A program made the translations under genes and the position numbers. Below, piece after piece: positions 12,376-21,468 of a DNA stretch of 64,000 nt (within the stretch, counting starts at the first letter, position 1; each line of letters starts with the position of its first letter). Under the pieces are notes generated by a model. That model saw nothing but the letters and a program-made list of their open reading frames with translations. It was not told the DNA's origin and ran no database searches. The stretch comes from Bacteroidales bacterium (GTDB taxonomy: Bacteria; Bacteroidota; Bacteroidia; Bacteroidales; UBA1715): NCBI GenBank assembly GCA_012519815.1, contig JAAYPM010000016.1, forward strand, positions 1,675-65,674, in the 5' to 3' direction.

Positions 12376-12480
12376 ATGAAAAAATTTGGATTCTTTTGCT
12401 GTATTCTTTTTATTGCATATAGTTGCGAAGACCCTACAAACGAATGCACAGAGTGTTTTAGCGTAAAAAAAAAACATTGA
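12376..12480 (+). CDS. Short lipoprotein ORF (34 aa), probably the 5' part of a ~76-aa Cys-rich lipoprotein gene split at an A10 tract
   Basis: MKKFGFFCCILFIAYSC|EDPTNECTECFSVKKKH*. Signal peptide plus lipobox Cys. The A10 run at 12465-12474 is followed by a 43-codon open +1 frame running to 12604. Confidence 0.35.
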   Translation: MKKFGFFCCILFIAYSCEDPTNECTECFSVKKKH

Positions 12481-12594
12481 AACTGGTGCAATTGAAGAAC
12501 GGAAAAGTTTAGGTACATTTTGCGGACACGAAATTGATAGCGTGCAAAGTAAACCTTCTTATGAATTAGGAGGGGATTATATGTTCTCGTATAT

Positions 12595-14889
12595 ATGCCA
12601 ATAAATCGCATTATAATGCCTCGTAGTTTTTTTGAGAACATTCGTAATTCAGAAACATTACAAGCATTTTTAGTGCTAAGCATTTTAGTTTTTTTAGCAT
12701 TTTTTGATATTATAATTGGAGCAAGCACTCTTAAATGGGATATAATTGATGCAAATTTTCCGTTTCAAGCATTTCAATCATATTGCGAACAACAAGGTTC
12801 TATTTCTCTGTGGGATCCATACACATATTTAGGGAGCGCCATGCATAGCAAAATGGCTATGTATTACCCATTACGTTTTATTTCTGCACAAATTTCTGAA
12901 TACACGCTTCTCAAATTAAATATTGAATTTGTGCTTCATATATTAGTTGCAGGCTTTGGCATGTATGTATTTTCTAAACAAAAAGGATTTAAACATCTCA
13001 CCGCCTTATTTGTAAGTGTAGGATATATGTTGTCAGGTTTTTTTGTTGGAAACGCACAACATATGAGTTGGGTAATAAGTGGTGCTTTACTTCCGTGGGT
13101 TTTATGGAGTTACTTTCTCCTTGTTACAAGTAACAGATTTATACGTATTCCACTGTTTGCACTTATCTTTTTTTCATTTATTTCAGGTGGATATCCCGCT
13201 TTCTCAATAGTAGCATGTTATGGTATAGGAATAGAAATTATTTGGAAAACTATATTATATAGTAAAAGCAAACAATATAGTCAATTAAAAAAATTCTTCA
13301 CATCTCAAATTTTTGCACTTATTCCTTTATTATTGCTGGGCGGAGTAATAATTGTATCACATTCTGATATGGTTCAATTGGTTGCACGAGGTAATGGAGT
13401 TTCACTTACACAAGCTCTGTTTGGCTCGTTACGTCCATGGCATGCAATTACAACGGTGTTTCCATTTATGATAACATATATAAAATCAAATTTTTGGGAA
13501 ATAGATATTGCATTTGTAAATATGTATATTGGTATAAGTGGAATACTATACACCTTATTTAGCATACGCCTTATTTCACAAAAAAATATACTAAAACTGT
13601 GGATTTTTAGCTTGTTTTTTATCGCTCTTTCATTAGGAAATGACATTCCACTACGTGCGTTTTTTTACGAATATGTGCCATTATATAATATTTTTCGATT
13701 TCCTGCATTGTTTCGATTATTTTTTATGTGGAGTTTTTTACTACTTGCTGCATATTCATTTGAATACATCGAAACACGTATTACCAAAAAACAAATAATA
13801 ACAATTTTGTGTGTTATAATTGCAGCATATACAAGCCTTGCTATATATACCCTTTTTGTACATACACGAAATGCGTTTCCCGAATACGTAAACTGGCATG
13901 CATTTGTTTTTACACTCGACAAAACACACGCCATTAGTATTCAATCGGTTACAATTGCTTTCATATATATATGTGGGTTGATATATGTGCTAAAACGCAA
14001 AGCTTTGTTTACATCACATACATTTGCAAAACTCATGGTATTTCTTATGTGTACCGACATGCTTACTGCAACCCTTTTGCAAAAAGCAATAACAGTTACA
14101 AATCAACAAGATGCATTTACCGCACAAGAAAAAATTGATAGTTTACCAAAATCAATACATACATGGGATATTCATGAACAAGCACTCAATCAATATCACC
14201 CCTCTTTGCAAATAGCAAAACCATTATGGAGAAACAATCAAATTTTTTATACAAAAAGAACATTTGATGGATATACAAGTTTTATTTACAAACATACCGA
14301 AATATTATATCGTTCACCCTATTTTGATACAATTGCACGATATCCTCTTTTTTATGTTCCTCAACACATTATTACAGAAACAGATACAACGTATATGTGT
14401 TCCTCTGAAAAAATAGCAATTATACCCGATAGCATGTCGTTTTTAAAATATACAACGGGGCAGGCACAACTTACATTTATAGAAGGTTCAAATAATTTTT
14501 TCACCATACATGCAGAAACTTCCGATTCGGTATTGTTGGTATGTATGCAAAATCGTTATCCGGGCTGGACCGCATATATTAATTCACAAGAAACAGAAAT
14601 ACTTCCTGTAAATCATGCATGTATGGGCATTATTATTCCAAATGGTACATCTGAAATAACATTTTCATATAAACCACGTGCTGTTATATTATTTCATTAT
14701 ATCTACCAATACAGTCTTTACGCACTATGTATAATGCTGACTGCAAGCACCTTATTGCATACGCTACGTAATAACCGACATCATGGTATAATAAAAAAAA
14801 CAGAACATGTAAAGAGATGTAATTCATTATTAAAAATAAAATGTACTTTTATTACAAAATACAAGGATAAAAAAAGATGTATATCCTAA
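12595..14889 (+). CDS. Large polytopic membrane protein, possibly YfhO-type glycosyl transferase family
   Basis: 764 aa. Many hydrophobic segments over about 500 residues, then a soluble C-terminal region. The family assignment is only by general resemblance. The start may instead be Met at 12616. Confidence 0.65.
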   Translation: MPINRIIMPRSFFENIRNSETLQAFLVLSILVFLAFFDIIIGASTLKWDIIDANFPFQAFQSYCEQQGSISLWDPYTYLGSAMHSKMAMYYPLRFISAQISEYTLLKLNIEFVLHILVAGFGMYVFSKQKGFKHLTALFVSVGYMLSGFFVGNAQHMSWVISGALLPWVLWSYFLLVTSNRFIRIPLFALIFFSFISGGYPAFSIVACYGIGIEIIWKTILYSKSKQYSQLKKFFTSQIFALIPLLLLGGVIIVSHSDMVQLVARGNGVSLTQALFGSLRPWHAITTVFPFMITYIKSNFWEIDIAFVNMYIGISGILYTLFSIRLISQKNILKLWIFSLFFIALSLGNDIPLRAFFYEYVPLYNIFRFPALFRLFFMWSFLLLAAYSFEYIETRITKKQIITILCVIIAAYTSLAIYTLFVHTRNAFPEYVNWHAFVFTLDKTHAISIQSVTIAFIYICGLIYVLKRKALFTSHTFAKLMVFLMCTDMLTATLLQKAITVTNQQDAFTAQEKIDSLPKSIHTWDIHEQALNQYHPSLQIAKPLWRNNQIFYTKRTFDGYTSFIYKHTEILYRSPYFDTIARYPLFYVPQHIITETDTTYMCSSEKIAIIPDSMSFLKYTTGQAQLTFIEGSNNFFTIHAETSDSVLLVCMQNRYPGWTAYINSQETEILPVNHACMGIIIPNGTSEITFSYKPRAVILFHYIYQYSLYALCIMLTASTLLHTLRNNRHHGIIKKTEHVKRCNSLLKIKCTFITKYKDKKRCIS

Positions 14890-14904
14890 AAAAACAAAAT
14901 AAAT

Positions 14905-16233
14905 ATGAGTAAATATGTCTATATAGAAACATATGGCTGCCAAATGAATGTAAATGATAGTGAAGTTGTTGCAGCTATTCTTAAAGAAATAGGGTATGAA
15001 TATACTGAAACTATAACACAAGCCAATTTAATTCTTATAAACACCTGTTCTATTCGTGAACATGCCGAAAACAGAGTGTTTCAAAGATTACATGAGATAA
15101 AAAAATTACGAGCACGCAAAAGTTCGCTTCTTATTGGAGTAATTGGATGCATGGCAGAACGTTTACGAGAGCAATTATTTTCACACGATGTGCTTACCGA
15201 CATTGTTGCTGGACCAGATTCGTATAGAGATTTGCCTCGGTTGGTTTCTATTGCGGCACGTAGCAAACAAGCTATTAACGTGCATCTTTCCAAAACCGAA
15301 ACATACGATGATATTATGCCATATCGGGTTGGTAACAATCGCATTTCAACATTTGTGTCGATTATGCGTGGGTGCAATAATTTTTGCACATATTGTATTG
15401 TGCCTTATACACGCGGACGAGAACGAAGTCGTGCCATTGATTCTATTGCCAAGGAAGTGTTAGATGCAGTGTCTATGGGATATAAAGAAATTACATTACT
15501 TGGACAGAATGTAAATTCATATTCGCTTACACAAAACAATACCATATTTCGCTTTCCTGATTTACTTTCTCATATTGCACGCATTGCTCCACATACACGT
15601 ATTCGTTTTTCCACATCACATCCCAAAGACATGGATAATGAACTGTTAGAGGTGGTAGCAAAGCACAAAAACATTTGTAAATGGATACATTTACCCGTAC
15701 AAAGTGGCAGCAGTTCGGTTTTACAACGTATGGGACGCACCTATAATCGTGAATGGTATATGCAACGAGTAGAGGCAATTCGGAATATTATTCCCGAAGC
15801 ATCAATAACATCAGATATCATATCTGGTTTTTGTGGCGAAACCGAGAACGAACACCAAGAAACACTTTCGCTTATGAAATGGGTGAGATATGATTTATCA
15901 TATATGTTTAAATATTCCGAACGACCAGGTACAATAGCTGCTCGCGATTATATTGATGACGTGCCCGAAGAGGTTAAAACAAGACGACTCAATGAAATAA
16001 TAGCATTACAAAACGAAATATCAGCACAAAAAAACAAACAAGACGAAGGAAAAATATTTGAAGTACTTGTTGAAGGCATTTCAAAAAAATCTTCAGAAGA
16101 ATTTAGAGGACGAAATTCTCAAAATAAAACAATTATTTTCCCCAAAAAACACGCGAAAATCGGTGATTATGTATCGGTACACATTACCGACTCCAATTCT
16201 GCCACATTACGAGGCACTATTATAAATGAATAA
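14905..16233 (+). CDS. miaB: tRNA-i6A37 methylthiotransferase MiaB (radical SAM)
   Basis: 442 aa. N-terminal YIETYGCQMN, radical-SAM CNNFCTYCIVP, and a C-terminal TRAM-like end. Confidence 0.93.
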   Translation: MSKYVYIETYGCQMNVNDSEVVAAILKEIGYEYTETITQANLILINTCSIREHAENRVFQRLHEIKKLRARKSSLLIGVIGCMAERLREQLFSHDVLTDIVAGPDSYRDLPRLVSIAARSKQAINVHLSKTETYDDIMPYRVGNNRISTFVSIMRGCNNFCTYCIVPYTRGRERSRAIDSIAKEVLDAVSMGYKEITLLGQNVNSYSLTQNNTIFRFPDLLSHIARIAPHTRIRFSTSHPKDMDNELLEVVAKHKNICKWIHLPVQSGSSSVLQRMGRTYNREWYMQRVEAIRNIIPEASITSDIISGFCGETENEHQETLSLMKWVRYDLSYMFKYSERPGTIAARDYIDDVPEEVKTRRLNEIIALQNEISAQKNKQDEGKIFEVLVEGISKKSSEEFRGRNSQNKTIIFPKKHAKIGDYVSVHITDSNSATLRGTIINE

Positions 16234-16271
16234 TTGTAAGACGAAGGTATTCTGAAGCAGCTATAAAAAAG

Positions 16272-16355
16272 TACCGAAGGTGGGACTTGAACCCACACAA
16301 TATTGCTATCACCGGATTTTGAGTCCGGCGTGTCTACCAATTCCACCACTTCGGC
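16272..16355 (-). tRNA. tRNA-Leu (anticodon CAA), class II with long variable arm; CCA not encoded
   Basis: Minus strand reads GCCGAAGTGGTGGAATTGGTAGACACGCCGGACTCAAAATCCGG...GTGGGTTCAAGTCCCACCTTCGGTA. It folds with a 7-bp acceptor stem (one G-U), anticodon stem CCGGA/TCCGG around loop CTCAAAA, and T-arm GTGGG-TTCAAGT-CCCAC. Confidence 0.9.
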
Positions 16356-16399
16356 ATAGTTTCAACAAATGTTAATTCTTTACATCAACATTATTTTTG

Positions 16400-16430
16400 C
16401 AAATATAGAGTTCTTTCTGTTTTTTGCAAA
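16400..16430 (-). promoter_or_regulatory. Bacteroidota-type promoter for tRNA-Leu
   Basis: Minus strand reads TTTG-N19-TATATTTG. The -7 box is about 45 nt upstream of tRNA position 1. Confidence 0.55.
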
Positions 16431-16438
16431 GTTTTTTA

Positions 16439-17728
16439 TTAGAGACTAAAATAAATATGTGCATTTAACATGTCTCGGTAAATTCCTTTTAAATCGAAAA
16501 AAATAAGTTCTTTATTTGAAAGATTTACAAAATACGATTCAGGCAAATCACAAAATTCTTTATGTTTTACCGCTAACACAATCACATCATACGTTCCATA
16601 CGGTTCACGATGTAAATCATGAGAATAATATTCTTTAACCTGCTCGCTTGAAGCATAAGGGTCAACAACCGTAACATCAATACTATATGATTTTAATTCT
16701 TGTACTGTGTCAAAAATTTTTGAATTTCTAATGTCACTTACATTTTCTTTAAATGTAGCACCTAAAATAAGCACACGAGATTCTTTTAATATTTTTCCGC
16801 TTCTATTAATTTCTTTAATAATTTTTTTAGCTAAATAAATAGGCATTTCATCATTAATAGCTCGTCCTGATGTAATTATTTTTGGATGGTGTTTTAATTG
16901 ATTTGCTTTATATGTAAGATAATATGGGTCAACACCAATACAATGCCCGCCCACAAGACCAGGAGTTACATTATAAAAATTCCATTTTGTAGAAGCAGCT
17001 TCTAACACTTCAAATGTGTTGATATTCATCTTACTAAACAAAATAGAAAGTTCATTCATAAGTGCAATATTCACATCACGTTGCGTGTTTTCAATAATCT
17101 TTGCAGCTTCTGCTACTTTTATTGAACTTGCTTTATATATTCCTGCAGTTATTATAGAGCCATATAATTCAGCAATATATGCCAATGCTTCTGAATCACT
17201 TCCTGATACTATTTTTAAAATATTAGTTAAGGTATTTATTTTATCTCCTGGATTTATTCGTTCGGGCGAATATCCTAATTTAAAATCTTCTCCTAATGTT
17301 AAACCCGATATTTTTTCGAGTAAAGGCAAGCAATCTTCTTCGGTAGCACCTGGGTACACTGTTGATTCATACACAACATAATCGCCCTTTTTAAGTACTT
17401 TAGCCACAGATTTTGTAGCAGAAATTAAAGGCTGTAAATCAGGAATATTATATGCATCAATAGGAGTAGGTACTGCAACAATATACACTGTTGCATCTTG
17501 TAAGTCTTTATGTTGTGATGTAAAAAGTATGTCAGTGTTTTCAAACGATTTTTCATCTACGTCTTCACTGGGGTCTGTGTGTTGTTGTAATGATTCTACA
17601 CGATTTTGATTTATATCAAATCCTATTACTGAATATTTTTTTGCAAATTCAAGTGCAAGTGGTAATCCTACATATCCTAAACCTATTACTGCAAGTTTGG
17701 TTTTTTTTTCTTGTAAATTTTGTATCAT
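16439..17728 (-). CDS. Nucleotide-sugar 6-dehydrogenase (UDP-glucose/GDP-mannose dehydrogenase family, TviB/WbpA-like)
   Basis: 429 aa. N-terminal Rossmann LAVIGLGYVGLPLA and catalytic-Cys context VGGHCIGVDPYY. Confidence 0.88.
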   Translation of the reverse strand: MIQNLQEKKTKLAVIGLGYVGLPLALEFAKKYSVIGFDINQNRVESLQQHTDPSEDVDEKSFENTDILFTSQHKDLQDATVYIVAVPTPIDAYNIPDLQPLISATKSVAKVLKKGDYVVYESTVYPGATEEDCLPLLEKISGLTLGEDFKLGYSPERINPGDKINTLTNILKIVSGSDSEALAYIAELYGSIITAGIYKASSIKVAEAAKIIENTQRDVNIALMNELSILFSKMNINTFEVLEAASTKWNFYNVTPGLVGGHCIGVDPYYLTYKANQLKHHPKIITSGRAINDEMPIYLAKKIIKEINRSGKILKESRVLILGATFKENVSDIRNSKIFDTVQELKSYSIDVTVVDPYASSEQVKEYYSHDLHREPYGTYDVIVLAVKHKEFCDLPESYFVNLSNKELIFFDLKGIYRDMLNAHIYFSL

Positions 17729-17758
17729 ATATATTGTACCCTAATCTCTAATTATGTG

Positions 17759-17766
17759 CAAAGATA
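17759..17766 (-). promoter_or_regulatory. -7 box (TATCTTTG) upstream of the sugar dehydrogenase gene
   Basis: Minus strand TATCTTTG lies about 31 nt upstream of ATG 17728. No clear -33 element. Confidence 0.4.
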
Positions 17767-17776
17767 AAATAATCGA

Positions 17777-18967
17777 CTATTTAAAATCAGGATAGAGCAA
17801 ATATTTTTTTCGTATTGCATTGAATTTCTGCAAATCATGTTGCCAGCTTTGTTTGATTTCCGAAACAGAAATTTGAGAGACAAGAGCTTTTTGCAAAGAT
17901 TTTGTTCCTGCTAATGTTGTAAAAAATGGTATAAAAAACGCTGTTTTATGAGGATACTTTTCATACGCTTGTACAAAAATTTCTAACAACAGTCCTTTTT
18001 CGGCAAGTGAATCAATTGCATAGGTTCGTAAATCAATACCATAGCACATTTTATTTTTATGAGGAGGATTTTTACTTGCTCCTTGAATGCTTCGCGGCAT
18101 AAACGAAAAACTTGTATCTGAATATTCAGGAGCACCCACAAGTTGAAATGGAAAATCAGTTCCTCGCCCACAACTAAACACAGTACCTTCAAAAAAACAT
18201 AGGCTTGGATATAAATACACTGCCTGCATATTTGGTAAATTTGGCGAAGGCGGAATAGGTAATTGATATCGCATAGAGTGATCGTATCCATCGCATAAAA
18301 CAACTGTTAAATCACATTGTATTCCATTTTTCAACCATCGCTCGCCATTTATCATACGTGCATATTCACCTATTGTCATACCATGAACAACAGGCACTGG
18401 ATGCATTCCTACAAAGGAAGTATAAGATGACTCTAATATAGGTCCGTCAATATAAAATCCATGCGGATTTGGTCTGTCGAGTATCATACATTCTATTGAT
18501 AATTCGGCACATGCTTCCATAATGTAATGCATAGTAGAAATATAGGTATAAAATCGCGCACCCACATCTTGAATATCAAATACTATAATATCTATATTTT
18601 CTAAATCATGGGCATACGGTTTTTTATGTGTTCCATATAAAGAAATAATAGGAAGCCCAGATATGCTATCAATAGAATTTTGCAAATGCTCGCCTGCATC
18701 AGCATTTCCACGGAAACCATGCTCTGGACAAAATATTTTTTTTACTGGCACATCTAACCGCATGAGTGTATCAACAAGATGAACTCCCTGAACAACAGAA
18801 GTTTGATTTGCAACCACCGCAACACGTTTGTCTTGTATATATGGTATATAATCTTCGGTACATTCGGCACCCACTCGAAGCGGTTGCTGTGAAAAACTTT
18901 CTAAGAAACAACAAACAATACAAAAACAAGAGATTATTGTACGTATAAAACATGTATATTTGTGCAT
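17777..18967 (-). CDS. DUF1343-family protein (NamZ-like exo-beta-N-acetylmuramidase), secreted
   Basis: 396 aa with a signal peptide. Contains ...VKKIFCPEHGFRGNADAGE... and ...FDIQDVGARFYTYISTM..., typical of the DUF1343/NamZ family. Confidence 0.82.
   Translation of the reverse strand: MHKYTCFIRTIISCFCIVCCFLESFSQQPLRVGAECTEDYIPYIQDKRVAVVANQTSVVQGVHLVDTLMRLDVPVKKIFCPEHGFRGNADAGEHLQNSIDSISGLPIISLYGTHKKPYAHDLENIDIIVFDIQDVGARFYTYISTMHYIMEACAELSIECMILDRPNPHGFYIDGPILESSYTSFVGMHPVPVVHGMTIGEYARMINGERWLKNGIQCDLTVVLCDGYDHSMRYQLPIPPSPNLPNMQAVYLYPSLCFFEGTVFSCGRGTDFPFQLVGAPEYSDTSFSFMPRSIQGASKNPPHKNKMCYGIDLRTYAIDSLAEKGLLLEIFVQAYEKYPHKTAFFIPFFTTLAGTKSLQKALVSQISVSEIKQSWQHDLQKFNAIRKKYLLYPDFK
18955..18962 (+). 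promoter_or_regulatory. -7 box (TATATTTG) 5 nt upstream of the LolC/E-like ATG, inside the namZ-like coding region
   Basis: TATATTTG at 18955-18962; ATG at 18968. Confidence 0.35.
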
Positions 18968-20218
18968 ATGAATGTAGAATTATATATAGCAAAAAAAATA
19001 TTACCCCATAAAAGTACGGCAAATATTTCAAAACCCATTGTTCGTATCGCAGTTTTTGCAATTGCATTGGGTTTGGCGGTAATGATTGTTGCGGTATCAA
19101 TTATAATTGGATTTAAATCTACTATTTCTCAAAAACTTTTTGGATTTGCATCGCATATTCAAATTGTAAATTATGATGCAAACACTTCGTTTGAAACAGT
19201 TCCTATTACAAAAGATTCTATACTTTTTTCAAAATTATTGGAATGTAAAGCGGTGTCGCATGTGCAATATTTTGCAACAAAACCCGCAATTATAAAAGAA
19301 AACAATGCAGTAAAAGGGGTTGTGGTAAAAGGAATTGATACGCAGTTTACATGGGATTTTTTTGAAACACACATACTTGAAGGCTCTCCATTTTCTATTT
19401 CCAACGCCCTTACCGATAGCGTATTAATTTCAAAAGAAATGGCCACATTGCTCAACTTATCGGTACATGATTCTTTTATTACAACCTTTGTTCCCAATGA
19501 AGCTGGCAAACGACCGAGAAAACGAAGATTTATAGTTTCTGGTATTTTTGAAACAAATCTGCAAGAAATTGATGAGCGTTTTATACTTGCTGATATGAGG
19601 CATATACAATCGTTAAATTATTGGGATAGCACACAAGTTTCGGGATATGAAATATTTCTAAAATCGCACAAAACTATTGAAAATGACAAAGAAAACATTC
19701 AAGATATTGTGGGGTATGAAATATATCAAGACAAGGAGTATTTAAAAACACAAAGTTTACAAGAAATAAATCCACAAATATTCGACTGGCTTTCGCTTCT
19801 TGATATGAATGCATGGGTAATTATTTTTCTTATGGTACTTGTGGCAGGCTTAAATATGATTACGGGTTTGCTTGTAATTATTATAGAAAAAACAAATATG
19901 ATAGGGATTTTAAAAACAATAGGTGCAAGAAACACACAAGTACAAAAAGTGTTTTTATATGTAGGTGGATTGCTTATTACAAAAGGCTTGTTGTGGGGAA
20001 ATATTATTGGAATAGGACTTTGTTTTTTACAATATGCGTTTCATATTATTCCGCTCAATCCCGAAACATATTTTATGTCGTTTGTTCCTATTTCATTTTC
20101 GGTGCCTGCTATTCTTTTGCTTAACATTGGAACACTGTGCATTACAATGATAATGCTTTTATTACCTGCACTTTTTATTTCAAAACTAAGCCCCATAGAG
20201 GCTGTTTCATTTGATTAA
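18968..20218 (+). CDS. LolC/LolE-like (FtsX-family) ABC transporter permease
   Basis: MNVELYIAKKIL..., an N-terminal TM segment, a large periplasmic loop, and a C-terminal FtsX-type 3-TM bundle (GILKTIGARNTQV...). The GTG at 18962 is an alternative start. Confidence 0.85.
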   Translation: MNVELYIAKKILPHKSTANISKPIVRIAVFAIALGLAVMIVAVSIIIGFKSTISQKLFGFASHIQIVNYDANTSFETVPITKDSILFSKLLECKAVSHVQYFATKPAIIKENNAVKGVVVKGIDTQFTWDFFETHILEGSPFSISNALTDSVLISKEMATLLNLSVHDSFITTFVPNEAGKRPRKRRFIVSGIFETNLQEIDERFILADMRHIQSLNYWDSTQVSGYEIFLKSHKTIENDKENIQDIVGYEIYQDKEYLKTQSLQEINPQIFDWLSLLDMNAWVIIFLMVLVAGLNMITGLLVIIIEKTNMIGILKTIGARNTQVQKVFLYVGGLLITKGLLWGNIIGIGLCFLQYAFHIIPLNPETYFMSFVPISFSVPAILLLNIGTLCITMIMLLLPALFISKLSPIEAVSFD

Positions 20219-21468
20219 GATTGTTTGGTTTTTTCTGCCAAATCTTTATAAAGAGAAGCATACAATTCAATGCCCATATCTAAAGAATAAAAATCGCAAG
20301 CAGTTGCATGCAATTCATTCTTATAATCTGCGGTGTCTTTCAGTACTTCCTGAGCAACACGGGCATATTCTTGCTGATTGTGTGTTGTAATTACTTTACC
20401 TTGCACACATTTTTGCATAATAGCCGATACATCTCCCACTCCATCATTGCAAATAAGAGGAATACCTAAACCTAACAACTCCCCCATTTTTGTGGGCGAA
20501 GATGCTTTTTTTGAATATACGGGCAATATAAAAAAAATAGACCAGTGCGAAAGCGATGCGTAGGCTGGAACATCTTCGCGATTTGCAGCAACAACACGTA
20601 ACGAATCGAGAGGAATATCTTTATTGCGAGCAATTTGTTCAATTGTATCTTTTTCGTCAGCTGTTATACATAAAAAAATTGCGTCTGAATCAAAAGAATG
20701 TAAAACTTTAAAAAAATCAAACATTTCTTCGGTCATATACCATGTGCCAAATGAACCTAAATAACTCAAAACAAATTGTTTTTTAGTAATATGTAATTCG
20801 TTTCTTAGTTTTTGTTTCTTTCGTTCCGAAACAGCTGTAGGCGAAAATAATTGTAAATCAGCACAACACGGAATAACATGAATGGGTGTTTTATACGTTT
20901 TATAAATTGTCCACTGCTCTATTTCTTGCTTTCCTGCCTGAGTTAAACTCACAATGTGAGATGCAGAACGAACAAACGTTTTCTCTAATTGTTTGAAATA
21001 ATAATAAATACGGTGGTATAAAAATTTTGACGAATCCCAAATGCCTCCTTCAATTCGTTCATCAGCCCAAAAACCACGCATATCAAAAATCCATGGAATA
21101 GAAAAATTTTTTGCAAGATACACTCCCACTTGAGCCGCAATATAACTTCTGCAATGCACAAAAGAAATAGCATGTTTTTGCACTATAGTACGAGCTTCTT
21201 TTTGCATACGATGAATATCATACAAGGTTGAAAACACTGCTGGTTTTGATGTGTACGAAATTGGATGCCACTGAATTTTGTATTTTTTAAGAAGTTTTGA
21301 TATATGTTTTTCTCGTGCTGCAAAAGCTGCTGGTTTTTCGCAACTAAGAATATGTATAGCATATCCTTTTTTTTGCAATCCTATCAAATATGGGATTACC
21401 TGCGACTGACCTAAATTATCGGTCATGCCATCATACGAAATATATAAAACAGAAACATTCATGTGCAT
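20215..21468 (-). CDS. Family 4 glycosyltransferase (GT-B fold)
   Basis: Starts MHMNVSVLYISYDGMTDNLGQSQV. C-terminal sugar-nucleotide-binding region ...SPTKMGELLGLGIPLICND. The start ATG overlaps the asnB stop (TAATG). Confidence 0.85.
   Translation of the reverse strand: MHMNVSVLYISYDGMTDNLGQSQVIPYLIGLQKKGYAIHILSCEKPAAFAAREKHISKLLKKYKIQWHPISYTSKPAVFSTLYDIHRMQKEARTIVQKHAISFVHCRSYIAAQVGVYLAKNFSIPWIFDMRGFWADERIEGGIWDSSKFLYHRIYYYFKQLEKTFVRSASHIVSLTQAGKQEIEQWTIYKTYKTPIHVIPCCADLQLFSPTAVSERKKQKLRNELHITKKQFVLSYLGSFGTWYMTEEMFDFFKVLHSFDSDAIFLCITADEKDTIEQIARNKDIPLDSLRVVAANREDVPAYASLSHWSIFFILPVYSKKASSPTKMGELLGLGIPLICNDGVGDVSAIMQKCVQGKVITTHNQQEYARVAQEVLKDTADYKNELHATACDFYSLDMGIELYASLYKDLAEKTKQS

Noticed and set aside
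12273-12728. 151-aa minus-strand ORF spanning the metH/YfhO-like intergenic region
   Set aside because: Low-complexity K/F/I-rich translation that overlaps the ends of two well-supported plus-strand genes and the small lipoprotein ORF. No recognisable domain.
16167-16349. 60-aa minus-strand ORF MVELVDTPDSKSGDSNIV...
   Set aside because: It is a translation through the tRNA-Leu gene and into the antisense of the miaB 3' end. The tRNA fold explains the sequence.
14905-16355. miaB lying next to tRNA-Leu(CAA), a tRNA with A36-A37-A38 that is a likely ms2i6A37 substrate
   Set aside because: The genes are on opposite strands with independent promoters. The adjacency is most simply coincidental and implies no regulatory link.
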